64,000 nucleotides of DNA, from positions 11,586 through 75,585 of the forward strand of contig CATECQ010000008.1 in the NCBI GenBank assembly GCA_949498985.1, read 5' to 3'. The notes beneath the pieces are model-generated. The model saw only the letters and a program-made list of their open reading frames with translations. It was not told the DNA's origin and did no database searches. The stretch comes from Glaciecola sp. HTCC2999. Lineage in GTDB: Bacteria > Pseudomonadota > Gammaproteobacteria > Enterobacterales > Alteromonadaceae. The position numbers and the translations under genes are program-made. Shown here piece by piece: positions 39,175 to 50,649 of this stretch. The number at the start of each line of letters is the position of its first letter. Positions within the stretch are counted from its first letter, which is position 1.

Positions 39175-39938
39175 GCTGCAGTGCTTATGGGTATGCCTGA
39201 GTGGAAACGAAAAACCGGATCTTCACTGGCGACCAACTCCCCTTCGATGTCTTTAAAGTAGGCTATCCGTGAAGTGATATCTTCTTTACTCACTAATTGT
39301 GCTAAACCTAGGTAATCACTAAAATGGCGCGCTTCTGAACGTAACAAAGAGATATAAAAGCGCTTGAGTTCATCATCTAAGTAAGGCGCTATGGCAGCAA
39401 AGCGTTCACAACTTCTAGCTTCAATCAATGCGCCACAAATCAAAGTGTCGGTTAATTTAGCTGGCTCATGAGTGCGCACATGTTGCATTAAACTGCGGGC
39501 ATAGCGAGATGCAGGAATGTTATCATAAGGAATATTACGTGCTTGCATGATCTCCAACACTTGCCCAAAGTGATGTAATTCTTCTTTGATCAGTAATACC
39601 ATCTTTGCGATCAGCTCATCACCGTGTTCAAAATTACTCCGGCTAATCAGTTTTTTAGAAAGCGTTATCTTAGTCGACAAGTCACCATCACCCACTTTGC
39701 GATAGGCAAAGTCTTCAAACGGTTTTAACCATTCTAATAATGCTTGGGAGCTTTCTTTATCGACCGCATAGCGACGCAATAATAACATCGCCGTTTGCGC
39801 AGCTTTGAGCTCACACATCAGATGATCGGTTAATAACAATGGCAAATTATCGGGTTTAACCGCTTCATCCAACCACGCTTGAGGAGTGCTATTTGGCAAA
39901 AACGTCAAAATGGGTTCTAACAAAGATGTCATTAGCAT
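39171..39938 (-). CDS. miaE: tRNA-(ms2io6A) hydroxylase
   Basis: DH..CELKAA, EELHHF, IEARSCERF, SEARH, FRFHSG. Confidence 0.93.
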   Translation of the reverse strand: MLMTSLLEPILTFLPNSTPQAWLDEAVKPDNLPLLLTDHLMCELKAAQTAMLLLRRYAVDKESSQALLEWLKPFEDFAYRKVGDGDLSTKITLSKKLISRSNFEHGDELIAKMVLLIKEELHHFGQVLEIMQARNIPYDNIPASRYARSLMQHVRTHEPAKLTDTLICGALIEARSCERFAAIAPYLDDELKRFYISLLRSEARHFSDYLGLAQLVSKEDITSRIAYFKDIEGELVASEDPVFRFHSGIPISTAA

Positions 39939-40208
39939 AATTTTCTCAGGTCGATTGGGCAATTAATAAGTCACTATTTTATATTAACTTGTCAATCAAG
40001 CGCAATAAAGCTGGCTTTTCTGTCTATGTAAATTGTAAATAAATCCATATATAGCAAGCATTTACGGATTATCACTCTCTGAACTCAAATTATGTATGCA
40101 TAATGTTTGACTTTCCGACGCTAATTACGCATTATTTGTTAAAACATTGTAAATAAATACACACAGTATTTAACATGTTTATACGACCGATTATCTAAAT
40201 GGAGGGAT

Positions 40209-40808
40209 GTGATGATTCTTAATCACCTATGGGGCTTATATTTAAGACCGCGTTCGGAATGGCAACAGATTGACCGTAATCATGAAAATTATTGGTATGC
40301 AATAAGCCATATCTTAATTATTGCACTTATTCCCGCTGTGTGTAGTTATTACGCCAGTGCCCACATTGGTTGGAGTATTGGAGCAGGAGATACTATTCGC
40401 TTAACCCATGACAGTGCTTTATTTATGTCGTTAGGCATGTATTTTGGCTTAGTTCTTGGAGTGACCTGTTTAGCCATGATGATCCATGAGTTAGCCGAAG
40501 TTTTTGATTCAACACCGACAATTACCCAAGCATTAGAACTTGCCGCGTATACCGCTACTCCATTATTCATGGTTGGCTTTGCTTGTTTGTACCCAGAGTT
40601 ATGGTTCATCAGTGCGGTAGGGTTGGCTGGTTTGGCTTATTCTATTTACTTACTCTACTCAGGGGTGCCTATTTTAATGCATATACCTGAGGAAAAAGGC
40701 TTTATCTATGCTTCTACCGTGGTCACTTGCGGCTTAGTCATACTTTCAGTGTTAATGGCGATGTCTGTTATTTTATTAGGTTCGGGTTCTGGCATTACTT
40801 ATATGTAA
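40209..40808 (+). CDS. Yip1/YohC family membrane protein
   Basis: HLWGL...P..EW, AYTATPLF, five TM segments. Confidence 0.85.
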   Translation: MMILNHLWGLYLRPRSEWQQIDRNHENYWYAISHILIIALIPAVCSYYASAHIGWSIGAGDTIRLTHDSALFMSLGMYFGLVLGVTCLAMMIHELAEVFDSTPTITQALELAAYTATPLFMVGFACLYPELWFISAVGLAGLAYSIYLLYSGVPILMHIPEEKGFIYASTVVTCGLVILSVLMAMSVILLGSGSGITYM

Positions 40809-40849
40809 CAACATGCAAGAGTGAACTGAAAAGTCTATCTTTATTAAAC

Positions 40850-40879
40850 AAAAAACCACCTTCATCGAGGTGGTTTTTT
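40850..40879. terminator. Bidirectional intrinsic terminator
   Basis: AAAAAACCACCT-TCATCG-AGGTGGTTTTTT between convergent genes. Confidence 0.9.
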
Positions 40880-40910
40880 AATATGAGATTAAATGAAACT
40901 TAACAGTGAA

Positions 40911-42431
40911 TTACTCTTGATCAATATTGTGCATATCAATATTGTTCAACTCCGCTTTTTTACCCGATGATTTTTTAGCATTATCGCTACGCGCGTTATT
41001 CACCCGGTCAAGATAATGTTGGTCCACATCACCGGTAATATATTGACCATCAAACACTGAAGTCTCAAAGCGCCCTACTTCAGGATTTTCAAGTTTCACA
41101 GCTTCTACCAAATCGTCAATATCTTGGAAAATTAAGCCATCGGCTTGAATAAGATCACTAATTTGCTCAATTTCACGACCATATGCAATCAATTCATTTG
41201 GTGAAGGCATATCAATTCCATACACATTAGGGAAACGAATTTCAGGTGCTGCTGATGCGAAATAGACTTTTTTCGCACCAGACTCTCGGGCCATTTCAAT
41301 GATTTGTTCTGAAGTGGTTCCACGTACAATTGAATCATCCACTAACAATACATTCTTATCTTTGAACTCTGACTTAATAGCATTGAGTTTACGTCTAACC
41401 GATTTTTTCCGCTGTTTTTGACCGGGCATGATAAACGTTCGACCAATATAGCGGTTTTTAACAAATCCTTGACGGTAAGGTAAATCAAGTGTATTCGCAA
41501 TTTGCAAAGCGACATCCATGGATGTTTCTGGAATGGGAATCACGACATCAATATCTTTATCGGCCCACTCTCGCGCAATCTTTTCACCCAATTTCGTCCC
41601 CATATTGACTCGAGAAGCATAAACAGAAATACCATCAATAAATGAATCAGGACGCGCAAAATACACAAACTCGAAAATACAAGGGGCATGCTCTGAGTTG
41701 GGAGCACATTGTTGAGTAAATAATTCCCCCTCATCAGTAATATATACCGCTTCACCGGGTAATACATCACGCATAAAAGTAAAACCAACGGCATCAAGCG
41801 CTACACTCTCAGAAGCCACCATATACTCAGTGCCGTTTTCGTGTTCACGCTTACCTAGCGCTAATGGACGGATCCCATTAGGATCGCGAAATGCCACCAT
41901 CCCGTTACCGATAATAGAGGCGACTACAGCATATGCACCGCGTATTTTTTGATGTACATGAGTCACGGCAGTAAAAATTTCTTCCGGTGTGACGACCATA
42001 CCTTCACACGCTTGAATTTCATGCGCAAAAATATTAAGTAAGATTTCAGAATCGGAAGTCGTGTTAATATGACGACGAGCAAGAGTGAACACTTCATCAG
42101 CTAACTCATGCGCATTGGTCAAGTTACCATTATGCGCAAAAGCAATACCATAAGGAGAGTTCACATAAAATGGCTGAGCTTCGGCAGAGCTTGAACTACC
42201 GGCTGTCGGATAACGACAATGCGCAATGCCAATATTACCATCTAGACGTTTCATATGGCGTGTATGAAATACATCTTTGACTAGACCATTGGCCTTTCTT
42301 AAATGAAAGTTACCATCATCGATAGTCATAATACCTGCAGCGTCTTGACCACGATGCTGTAGAACGGTTAACCCGTCATATAAATCTTGAGCGACAGGGC
42401 CTTGACCAACAATACCGACTATACCACACAT
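40911..42431 (-). CDS. purF: Amidophosphoribosyltransferase
   Basis: [25 protein letters not shown]. Confidence 0.97.
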   Translation of the reverse strand: MCGIVGIVGQGPVAQDLYDGLTVLQHRGQDAAGIMTIDDGNFHLRKANGLVKDVFHTRHMKRLDGNIGIAHCRYPTAGSSSSAEAQPFYVNSPYGIAFAHNGNLTNAHELADEVFTLARRHINTTSDSEILLNIFAHEIQACEGMVVTPEEIFTAVTHVHQKIRGAYAVVASIIGNGMVAFRDPNGIRPLALGKREHENGTEYMVASESVALDAVGFTFMRDVLPGEAVYITDEGELFTQQCAPNSEHAPCIFEFVYFARPDSFIDGISVYASRVNMGTKLGEKIAREWADKDIDVVIPIPETSMDVALQIANTLDLPYRQGFVKNRYIGRTFIMPGQKQRKKSVRRKLNAIKSEFKDKNVLLVDDSIVRGTTSEQIIEMARESGAKKVYFASAAPEIRFPNVYGIDMPSPNELIAYGREIEQISDLIQADGLIFQDIDDLVEAVKLENPEVGRFETSVFDGQYITGDVDQHYLDRVNNARSDNAKKSSGKKAELNNIDMHNIDQE

Positions 42432-42445
42432 GTAAAATTACCTAT

Positions 42446-42934
42446 TTAAGCGGGTGTTAAAAAACTTGAACTACCTTGCAGGTATTCAAAAAACCATTCA
42501 ATTACGACAGCAAATTCTGGGATCAGAATTGAAGCCCCCCACCAGGGAGCATCAGAGAAGCTGGTAAATGAATCGATAAAAAATAATATTGCAGAAACTA
42601 TGAGTACACCTCGAAGCGCACCAAAGACAATTCCCAACATTCGGTCTGTACCTGATAGGCCAGTATATTCTACTAACTGACCGACAATATAATTAAATAT
42701 AGCGCCTGCTATCATGGTTGCAACGAATAAAATACCAATAGCGGCACCTTGGCGCCACATGTCATTTTCAATTTGGGTAAGTAATAATGAGACATTAGGA
42801 TAGAAGCGGCTTGCCACATAAAAAGCGCTGAACCAAATAACCAGTGATAAGGCTTCTTTCATAAAGCCACGCACTAAGCTAATCAAAGCGGATAAGGCTA
42901 TGATGCCTATAATGGTAAAATCAACCCAGTTCAT
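42446..42934 (-). CDS. cvpA: CvpA family protein
   Basis: [25 protein letters not shown]; upstream of purF. Confidence 0.93.
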   Translation of the reverse strand: MNWVDFTIIGIIALSALISLVRGFMKEALSLVIWFSAFYVASRFYPNVSLLLTQIENDMWRQGAAIGILFVATMIAGAIFNYIVGQLVEYTGLSGTDRMLGIVFGALRGVLIVSAILFFIDSFTSFSDAPWWGASILIPEFAVVIEWFFEYLQGSSSFLTPA

Positions 42935-43028
42935 ATTTTCTTCATAATAGTTTAAGTCAGCCGGTGCTTTCTCAAGAACTTGATGGCGCGTAGTTTAGCA
43001 GATGCCACAACCAAAACCATCAAGATTT

Positions 43029-43649
43029 TTATTTAATTGTAAAAGGCGTGAGTCGCCCTTTTAATTTCGTGATTTCATTCAAATGCGGCAATGCCGACTT
43101 GAGCTTTTCTTGGTCAATTTCTGGTCCTACAAACACTTTAGTTAGTTCACCTGAAGGCGTTTGTACTGGACGAGAAAATGTACGATATCCTGCTTTATCT
43201 AATTTATTGATCAATTCACGGACATTTTTTTGATGACGAAAACTACCTAATTGGATTACCCAACCCGCAGATTCTTGAGGATCGGCTTGTAGAATCTGAG
43301 TTTGATTTTTAAGTGATGCGCTGATATCCGTTTTATCTTCACTCACCAAGGCCCCTGATTCAACATTTGCCGCAGTAGATTCGTCAGTTTTCACTTCAAC
43401 GGCTAATGTTTCATCATCTGTCGGCGTAATATTTTCGATGACAAGTGGCTGAGATACTTGCGCTTTAATAGCTTCAATATTGACTTCTCGAGGTGCTTTA
43501 GAAGATAGAGGATCCGGTGCTTTAGGTATGTTGATTTGAATATCTTGTTGCGCTTGTTTTTCACCATCTAATAAATCAGGTAAAAAAATCACAGACAGCG
43601 CGACGACTAATATAGTCCCTACTAACCTGTTTTGTAATGCAGTATTCAC
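43029..43649 (-). CDS. dedD: SPOR-domain cell division protein DedD
   Basis: LQNRLVGTILVV...LPDLLDG; C-terminal SPOR domain (WVIQLGSF). Confidence 0.9.
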   Translation of the reverse strand: MNTALQNRLVGTILVVALSVIFLPDLLDGEKQAQQDIQINIPKAPDPLSSKAPREVNIEAIKAQVSQPLVIENITPTDDETLAVEVKTDESTAANVESGALVSEDKTDISASLKNQTQILQADPQESAGWVIQLGSFRHQKNVRELINKLDKAGYRTFSRPVQTPSGELTKVFVGPEIDQEKLKSALPHLNEITKLKGRLTPFTIK

Positions 43650-43676
43650 AAATAGCCCTTTATAAATCGTTCGACA

Positions 43677-44954
43677 CTACGCCGATGGTAATTGTGCGTA
43701 AAAGTCACTTAATGTAAAAAACGACCCAAATATTAACACTAAATCCTGATCGGTGGCAGTCTTAATTGCATCCTGGACCCCTTGATAAGGCGTATCTACG
43801 ACTGTCACCTGGGACTGACTGATCCCTAAGGTATTCACTAAGCATGAAGCAATATCTTCGCCTTTCGCTGCTCGGTCTATTGTTACATTTGACGGATACC
43901 AGTGTGAGACTAATGACGCCAATGGCTCGCAGACACCTGCCCAGTCTTTATCTTGCATAATACCGCATACTGCAAACACTTGTTGTGGTGCAAGATGCTG
44001 AATATGCTCAGCTAGATATTCCGCGGCCTGAATATTATGAGCCGCATCTAACATAATCACAGGCGCTTGGTCACCAAATGCGTGCTTAGTCAATACCGTT
44101 AAGCGACCATTTAATGTGGTATGTGTTGCACAGAATACCCACTGAGATGCCGTCAATGGCCAATCGAGCTTATGCGCCACGGCCATGGCAGTGGCGACAT
44201 TAGGAAAAGGAATTTGAGGTAACGGTAATGTTATGTGTTTATCACCATAGTTAAAATGAAAGTGTGGTGCGTTGACTTGGTAATTAAAATCTTGTCCAAC
44301 CCACAAGGCATGAGCATTATGGCTTATCACCGCTGCAGCTAATGTTGCTGGAGGATTAGCCTCACCAATAATTACCGGCTTACCTGAGCGCATGATCCCC
44401 GCTTTTTCTGTGGCGATGAGTGCTCGGGTATCCCCTAAAAATGCTTGGTGGTCTAATCCAATACTCGTGATAACCGCAATATCAGGATCGACTACATTGA
44501 TAGCATCTAAACGTCCACCTAATCCCACCTCTAACACGGCAACAGCGAGCTTTTGTTGATGCAATAACCACAATCCCGCAAGCGTGCCAAATTCAAAATA
44601 GGTAAGAGAGATATCGCCTCGAGCAGCTTCTATCGCAGCAAAGGCTTGGGTATGAGATGCATCATCTAATAATTGCTGGTTAATTCTCACACGTTCATTG
44701 TATATATTGATATGAGGAGAACTATATACTCCAACATGATAACCGCACTGCATGGCCGCAGCTTCGATAAATGCACATGTGGTGCCCTTACCATTAGTCC
44801 CTGCAACAGTAATAACTGTCACCTCAGACCAATCTAAAGTAAGACGTTGATAGACCGTTTTTACCCGGTCTAAACCCATATCAATGCCCACTGGATGTAT
44901 TGATTCTAGGTAAGTCAACCATTCAGCTAATGAAGCATTTTCGGTCAATCTCAT
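43677..44954 (-). CDS. folC: Dihydrofolate/folylpolyglutamate synthase
   Basis: VAGTNGKG, EVGLGGRLD, DAAHN. Confidence 0.95.
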   Translation of the reverse strand: MRLTENASLAEWLTYLESIHPVGIDMGLDRVKTVYQRLTLDWSEVTVITVAGTNGKGTTCAFIEAAAMQCGYHVGVYSSPHINIYNERVRINQQLLDDASHTQAFAAIEAARGDISLTYFEFGTLAGLWLLHQQKLAVAVLEVGLGGRLDAINVVDPDIAVITSIGLDHQAFLGDTRALIATEKAGIMRSGKPVIIGEANPPATLAAAVISHNAHALWVGQDFNYQVNAPHFHFNYGDKHITLPLPQIPFPNVATAMAVAHKLDWPLTASQWVFCATHTTLNGRLTVLTKHAFGDQAPVIMLDAAHNIQAAEYLAEHIQHLAPQQVFAVCGIMQDKDWAGVCEPLASLVSHWYPSNVTIDRAAKGEDIASCLVNTLGISQSQVTVVDTPYQGVQDAIKTATDQDLVLIFGSFFTLSDFYAQLPSA

Positions 44955-44957
44955 CAG

Positions 44958-45902
44958 TTACGAGTGTGACCCGTTTTGTGGGAAATCTGTCGGTTGCTGA
45001 TTCAGCACAGGATCAGCGGTCGACGCCTGAGAAGCGTTAGACAATGATACCTCTGGAACATTGACATAATGTAGCTTAGATAACACACTAAATAATGTTT
45101 CGCGCATTTCGCGACGATCAACAATCATATCAATCGCTCCCTTATCCAGGAGAAACTCACTGCGCTGAAAGCCTTCCGGTAAGGTTTCACGAACAGTTTG
45201 CTCGATAACACGTGGGCCAGCAAAACCAATGAGTGCTTTTGGCTCAGCGACGTTAACATCACCTAGCATTGCTAAACTAGCTGATACACCCCCCATAGTA
45301 GGATCCGTTAATACCGATATGTAAGGTAATCCTGCTTGGCTCATCTTCGCTAAGGCTGCAGATGTTTTCGCCATCTGCATCAATGACAATAGTGCTTCTT
45401 GCATCCGCGCACCACCACTGGCAGAAAAACAGATTAAGGGCATTTTTTCTGCTAAACATGCATTCACAGCGGCAACAAATCGCGCACCCACCACCGATGC
45501 CATTGAACCACCTAAGAAAGCGAACTCAAAACTTGCCACTACGACAGGCATACCGTTTAACTTGCCTTTGACGACAATAATCGCGTCTTTTTCATGCGTG
45601 TTTTTTTGCGCTGCTGAGATACGGTCTTTATAACGTTTTGAATCTTTAAATTTCAAGATATCCTGAGGTTCAAATTCAGCCCCTAATTCTTCTCGACCAT
45701 CTGCATCTAAAAAACTATTAATACGAGCACGAGCGCCAATGCGCATGTGATGGTCACATTTAGGGCATACCTCAAGTAATTTTTCAAGTTCACTGCGATA
45801 TAGTACTGAATCACATGATGTACATTTGGTCCAAATACCCTCAGGTACATTACTTTTTTCTGCAGACTGGGTGCGTGGGAGAATTTTCTCTATCCAACTC
45901 AT
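44958..45902 (-). CDS. accD: Acetyl-CoA carboxylase carboxyltransferase beta subunit
   Basis: WTKC..C...C..C zinc finger, [19 protein letters not shown]. Confidence 0.97.
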   Translation of the reverse strand: MSWIEKILPRTQSAEKSNVPEGIWTKCTSCDSVLYRSELEKLLEVCPKCDHHMRIGARARINSFLDADGREELGAEFEPQDILKFKDSKRYKDRISAAQKNTHEKDAIIVVKGKLNGMPVVVASFEFAFLGGSMASVVGARFVAAVNACLAEKMPLICFSASGGARMQEALLSLMQMAKTSAALAKMSQAGLPYISVLTDPTMGGVSASLAMLGDVNVAEPKALIGFAGPRVIEQTVRETLPEGFQRSEFLLDKGAIDMIVDRREMRETLFSVLSKLHYVNVPEVSLSNASQASTADPVLNQQPTDFPQNGSHS

Positions 45903-45977
45903 TATATTTATATCCTGTGGAAAAACCGAACTCTATAGGGTGAATTAAACCACAAAAACCCGTTAATACGAAAGATT

Positions 45978-45994
45978 AACTGGTCTAAGAAGTC
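45978..45994. promoter_or_regulatory. FadR-like site upstream of accD
   Basis: AACTGGTC-T-AAGAAGTC: one perfect half-site. Confidence 0.5.
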
Positions 45995-45996
45995 AA

Positions 45997-46797
45997 TTAT
46001 TGTGCCTTTGGAAATTGTAAAAATGCAGGGCCAAGTGGACTTTTCGGTAAATCAAATTCTGGATAATCCACATCAACAAAATACAACCCATTGGGTTTGG
46101 CAGTGACACCTGCTTGGGTGCGGTCTTTAAGTGCGAGTATGTCCTGCATCCAACTAACCGGCTGTTCTCCTGCACCAATCAACATCAAGGAACCCGCAAT
46201 ATTACGTACCATATGATGTAAAAACGCATTCGCTTTTATATCAATAATAACGTATTCACCGACGCGTTGAACATTAACGAAATGGATATTACGAAACGGA
46301 GTTTTAGACTGGCATAACGCAGCGCGAAACGAAGTAAAATCATGTTCACCCACGAGTACTTGGGCAGCTTCGTTCATTTTTTGTGCATCTAATGGTAAAT
46401 AACAGTGAGTTAACCCTTTGGACAAAATAGCCGGCGGAACTCGGTGATTATAAATAATGTAACGATATCGCCGAGCCGTTGCGCTAAAACGAGCATGAAA
46501 TGAATCAGGTACTTCTACCGCCCATTTTACGGCGATCGCATCTGGTGTTTTAGTCGTCACACCTAATGTCCAAGCTTTTTCATCTCGTTTCGCTGTCGTT
46601 TTAAAATTCACAATTTGGTATGTTGCATGAACGCCAGCGTCAGTTCGGCCTGAACAAATGATATTGATTTTTTCATCCGCGACAAAGCTAGCTGCATCTT
46701 CTAATGCTTGTTGTACAGACGGCACATTATCTTGGCGCTGCCAGCCATAAAAATCAGCACCGTAGTACTCTACGGCCATTGCAATATTAGTAGTCAT
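45997..46797 (-). CDS. truA: tRNA pseudouridine(38-40) synthase
   Basis: [31 protein letters not shown]. Confidence 0.96.
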   Translation of the reverse strand: MTTNIAMAVEYYGADFYGWQRQDNVPSVQQALEDAASFVADEKINIICSGRTDAGVHATYQIVNFKTTAKRDEKAWTLGVTTKTPDAIAVKWAVEVPDSFHARFSATARRYRYIIYNHRVPPAILSKGLTHCYLPLDAQKMNEAAQVLVGEHDFTSFRAALCQSKTPFRNIHFVNVQRVGEYVIIDIKANAFLHHMVRNIAGSLMLIGAGEQPVSWMQDILALKDRTQAGVTAKPNGLYFVDVDYPEFDLPKSPLGPAFLQFPKAQ

Positions 46798-48270
46798 TTA
46801 TTGGTTTTCTAGTTGAGTGAGAATGTGTTGCGCTTCAGCTTTTTGATCAGCAGATCCGCGCAATATCACTTTTCTCAATAATTGTTGTGCTTCTAAGATG
46901 TCATCCATTTCAATATAAACACGCGCTAAATCTAAATCAGACGAAAGCACATCATCCTCAATGATATCACTGGTTTTTGAGGGCTGCGGCATACCTTCAA
47001 TATTCTTCAGTAAATCAATCTCAGGTTCTTCTTCCATCTCGCTCATGTCATTGAGTAATGTATCGACATCAATGAACTCATCCGTATTTTTACTATCATA
47101 ACTATTATCATCACTCTGGGGCGTCGTATTAAACTCTGACACCTCTTCATTACAAGGTTCAAGAGAGTGAAGTAATTCATCAAAATCCGTATTTTCTAGA
47201 TCATTGATAATACTTTCATCAGAAGATTTTTGGACAGGTTCCCAAGCATGAATATCTGGAATATCATCGATGATAGAAGATACAACATCTGAATCCGATT
47301 CTGAGTGAGATTTTAATTTAAATTCAGTGTTAGATTCTGAATTTAAATCAGGTTCTTGAGCATTCTTGGGCTGACTCTTTGGCTCCGGAGGCGTGAATGG
47401 TGAATCACTAAAGTCCGTTTCCGATAGGTCAATCACATTGACTATTTTCTCAACCGGTTTTGATGATGAGTGTTCATTTGATGTCATTTTAGGACGACGT
47501 GAAAACAACCACAGGCCTAATATAACAAATGCACAAAATAACATACCTGACAGCAATGAAATGATGATCATTGGCTCTTGGAGTAAATCCTTTAAAGCAT
47601 TATCTGAAGAAAGTTGTATTTTTTTCTCACTGACCTGATTTGAATTTTCGAGTAACGCATATAACTGCGCTTGCAATTCAGCTTGAGCGTTAAGTTGTTC
47701 TTGCACATCGCCATCTACACGTTGAGATAAATGGGTTAATTGGTCTGATACCGTCTGTAGTTGTGAGGCCAAAAGCGCATTTTCAGTGAGTAAGGTTTGA
47801 ATACTTTCAAGTGACTCTGAATATTGAAGGGTCAGGTCATAAAGAGACGCTTCAGCTACAGAATTTAGACTATTAACCTTTTCATCACCTTCCATTTTTA
47901 TGCGCGCCGTTTCCAGGTCGATACTCGCTACAAAACTTGCTGTCGGCATTTTTAGCATCGCATTATTGAGTAACTGATTAACATTGTCATCTTTAAATGC
48001 ATTCGGATTCAACACATATATGCCATACATCACTGGATATAATGATTCAGGTTTGCCGTTTGCAAAGGCCGAGGAATTACGATAATCACGTGCTATTCGC
48101 CAAAGGGTATCTTGCTGAATGACGGGCCCATAAATCACATCACTTAATTTATTCGCGTTGGACTGAGGACTATCGATAACAATCTGAGTCTGCTGAGATT
48201 CATTAGCCCATGCTAATGGATTCCCGATGAGGGAAGAAAAAATCAACATTGAAAGCGCAAATTTCTTCAT
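46798..48270 (-). CDS. fimV: FimV/HubP-like polar landmark protein (short form)
   Basis: YGPV...DTLWRIA LysM-like region, coiled coil, TM, acidic linker, LDLARVYIEMDD C-terminus; between asd and truA. Confidence 0.82.
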   Translation of the reverse strand: MKKFALSMLIFSSLIGNPLAWANESQQTQIVIDSPQSNANKLSDVIYGPVIQQDTLWRIARDYRNSSAFANGKPESLYPVMYGIYVLNPNAFKDDNVNQLLNNAMLKMPTASFVASIDLETARIKMEGDEKVNSLNSVAEASLYDLTLQYSESLESIQTLLTENALLASQLQTVSDQLTHLSQRVDGDVQEQLNAQAELQAQLYALLENSNQVSEKKIQLSSDNALKDLLQEPMIIISLLSGMLFCAFVILGLWLFSRRPKMTSNEHSSSKPVEKIVNVIDLSETDFSDSPFTPPEPKSQPKNAQEPDLNSESNTEFKLKSHSESDSDVVSSIIDDIPDIHAWEPVQKSSDESIINDLENTDFDELLHSLEPCNEEVSEFNTTPQSDDNSYDSKNTDEFIDVDTLLNDMSEMEEEPEIDLLKNIEGMPQPSKTSDIIEDDVLSSDLDLARVYIEMDDILEAQQLLRKVILRGSADQKAEAQHILTQLENQ

Positions 48271-48345
48271 ATTTCTTCCAAATTTATACAGCCATTACAA
48301 AGATAGTAGTGACCCAAATTCTGAGTTTAAAAGTATTGCGAGAAG

Positions 48346-48384
48346 ATAGCATAAATGCCCGTCCGAGACGAGCAATTATGCTAT
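48346..48384. terminator. Long imperfect hairpin downstream of asd
   Basis: ATAGCATAAATGCCCGTC-CGA-GACGAGCAATTATGCTAT. Confidence 0.5.
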
Positions 48385-48403
48385 GAGATAAATAGAATGA
48401 GGA

Positions 48404-49420
48404 TTAAAGGTAATCGCGAATTAGGGTTTCTGCGATTTGTACACTGTTAGTCGCAGCACCTTTACGGATGTTGTCAGATACGACCCACATGTTGATACCA
48501 TTAGGATGTGAAATATCATTACGCACACGCCCTACGTGGGTTAAATCGTTACCACTGGCACTACATACTTGCGTAGGAAATGCATCACGATCATCATACA
48601 ATTTGATGCCTGGTGCCTGAGCAAGTAATGCTTTGACATCCGCCGCATCAATTGGCGAGCGTGTTTCAATATGAATCGCCTCTCCATGTCCAAAAAACAC
48701 AGGAACACGGACTGCAGTAGGATTGACTAAAATGGTGTCATCACCTAAAATTTTACGTGTTTCCCATACCATTTTCATTTCTTCTTTGGTGTAGTCGTTA
48801 TCGAGGAAGACATCAATTTGTGGGATCACATTAAAGGCGATTTGACGTGAAAAATTATCTTTATTAACTTCACGTGCATTGAGTAAATCAGCTGTTTGTG
48901 TCGCAAGCTCTTCCATTGCCTCTTTTCCGGCTCCTGAAACGGACTGATACGTACATACGTTAATCCGTTCAATACCTACTGCTTCATGAATCGGCTTTAA
49001 TGCCACCATCATTTGGATGGTAGAGCAGTTTGGGTTAGCAATAATATTACGATTTCTAAAATCTGCTAATGCATGCCCATTGACTTCCGGAACCACGAGT
49101 GGAATATCCGGCTCATAACGGTAATGTGAGGTATTATCAATCACAATACAGCCCGCTTCAGCGGCAATAGGAGCAAACTTTTCAGACACACTGCCACCGG
49201 CTGAGAAAAAACCAAATTCGGCTTGAGACCAATCGAACTTATCCGCATCAAGCACTTCAATTTCTTTTCCCTTAAATGTAATCGTCCCACCCGCTGAACG
49301 GCTAGAAGCAAGAGGGAATAATTGATTAATGGGAAAATTGCGCTCTGCAAGTAAATCCATCATTGTTTGACCTACGAGGCCCGTTGCGCCTAAAACGGCA
49401 ACATTAAATGCTTGTGACAT
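48404..49420 (-). CDS. asd: Aspartate-semialdehyde dehydrogenase (asd/usg type)
   Basis: GATGLVG, IIANPNCSTIQM, YQSVSGAG, DNIRKGAA. Confidence 0.92.
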   Translation of the reverse strand: MSQAFNVAVLGATGLVGQTMMDLLAERNFPINQLFPLASSRSAGGTITFKGKEIEVLDADKFDWSQAEFGFFSAGGSVSEKFAPIAAEAGCIVIDNTSHYRYEPDIPLVVPEVNGHALADFRNRNIIANPNCSTIQMMVALKPIHEAVGIERINVCTYQSVSGAGKEAMEELATQTADLLNAREVNKDNFSRQIAFNVIPQIDVFLDNDYTKEEMKMVWETRKILGDDTILVNPTAVRVPVFFGHGEAIHIETRSPIDAADVKALLAQAPGIKLYDDRDAFPTQVCSASGNDLTHVGRVRNDISHPNGINMWVVSDNIRKGAATNSVQIAETLIRDYL

Positions 49421-49444
49421 GGTAAATAAGGATCCTTAAACCGA

Positions 49445-50623
49445 TTATAACGTTGTTGCACTAAAGCCCAACGCCGACAAAATATATGTAGTTTGCTCAT
49501 GAGAACACGTAATGTGTGCCGAATCAAATTCACGCCTGACTTGAATATCGCTATTAGGACGAGGCTTTCGGTACTGTTTTCTTAATTGAGCAAAGCATTG
49601 GGATTGTGCCATGTTAGATACAAATTCGCTATGATCAAATGCTATATCATATATCGACCATACCATCGTCGTAAGTGATTCAACACTTAAACACTCATCC
49701 GAGCAGATTAATACGACGTCATCATTGGGTAAAAAATCAGCCATTTGGTGTGTCACTGCCTGGTGAGTTTGTATCGCGAGCCACTCATACAACATAAAGG
49801 TCCCACGGGTTTTCCCTTCTAAACTATGCCCGGCAATGTGTGGCGTTGCAATTAAACAATACTCAATCAGTTCGGTTAAGATATCAGGCTCATTTTCCCA
49901 TACATCGAGAATGAGTGTCGGCGCACGACCTTGCTGGCAAAGTTGTAATAAGGCACGGTTATCGATGACCTCACCTCTGCCGGCGTTGAGTAAAATTTGT
50001 CGTGGCGATAACTGTTGTAATATCTCGGCATCAAATAAATGATGCGATGGGCTTGGACCCGTTTTTACTAATGGTGCATGCAAACAAATAATATCACAGG
50101 ACACGATAGCGGATAGATCATGCCATTGTGGATTATTTTCGGCTAAAGCACGAGGTGGATCATAGGCAATAACGTCCATTCCTAAAGCGCTAAATTTCGC
50201 CATAACACGACGCCCAACTTGACCTAATCCAACGACCCCAACACGAAAACGGTGTAACACACTGATAGGATCAGACGCTTGAATATCACCGCGAGCTAAT
50301 AATGCATATAACACGCCACTCAGAGCATACTCAGATACTGAGGTCGCATTGCATCCTGCAGCAATAAAGGTAGCAATATTCGCTGTAGAGAGTGCATCTA
50401 AATCAAGGTGATTATAACCGGCAGTTGCAGTTGCAAGATACTGACAAGATGATAATTGCTTTACTCTGACACCATCAATCTGACTAGTAGACCGGATCAT
50501 CATGGCATCCACTGATGCTAAATCAATGTCATCTAACGCCTGATGATTGAATGCTTCGGCATCACCTAACGAAGGAAATACATCCTCTGCAAATGGCATA
50601 TTGTCATCATAAAGAATTTTCAC
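49445..50623 (-). CDS. pdxB: 4-phosphoerythronate dehydrogenase
   Basis: MKILYDDNMP, LDVWENEP, ATPHIAGHSLEGK.RGT, RREF. Confidence 0.93.
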   Translation of the reverse strand: MKILYDDNMPFAEDVFPSLGDAEAFNHQALDDIDLASVDAMMIRSTSQIDGVRVKQLSSCQYLATATAGYNHLDLDALSTANIATFIAAGCNATSVSEYALSGVLYALLARGDIQASDPISVLHRFRVGVVGLGQVGRRVMAKFSALGMDVIAYDPPRALAENNPQWHDLSAIVSCDIICLHAPLVKTGPSPSHHLFDAEILQQLSPRQILLNAGRGEVIDNRALLQLCQQGRAPTLILDVWENEPDILTELIEYCLIATPHIAGHSLEGKTRGTFMLYEWLAIQTHQAVTHQMADFLPNDDVVLICSDECLSVESLTTMVWSIYDIAFDHSEFVSNMAQSQCFAQLRKQYRKPRPNSDIQVRREFDSAHITCSHEQTTYILSALGFSATTL

Positions 50624-50649
50624 ATTGCACCTTAAAGCAAACTAGATAT

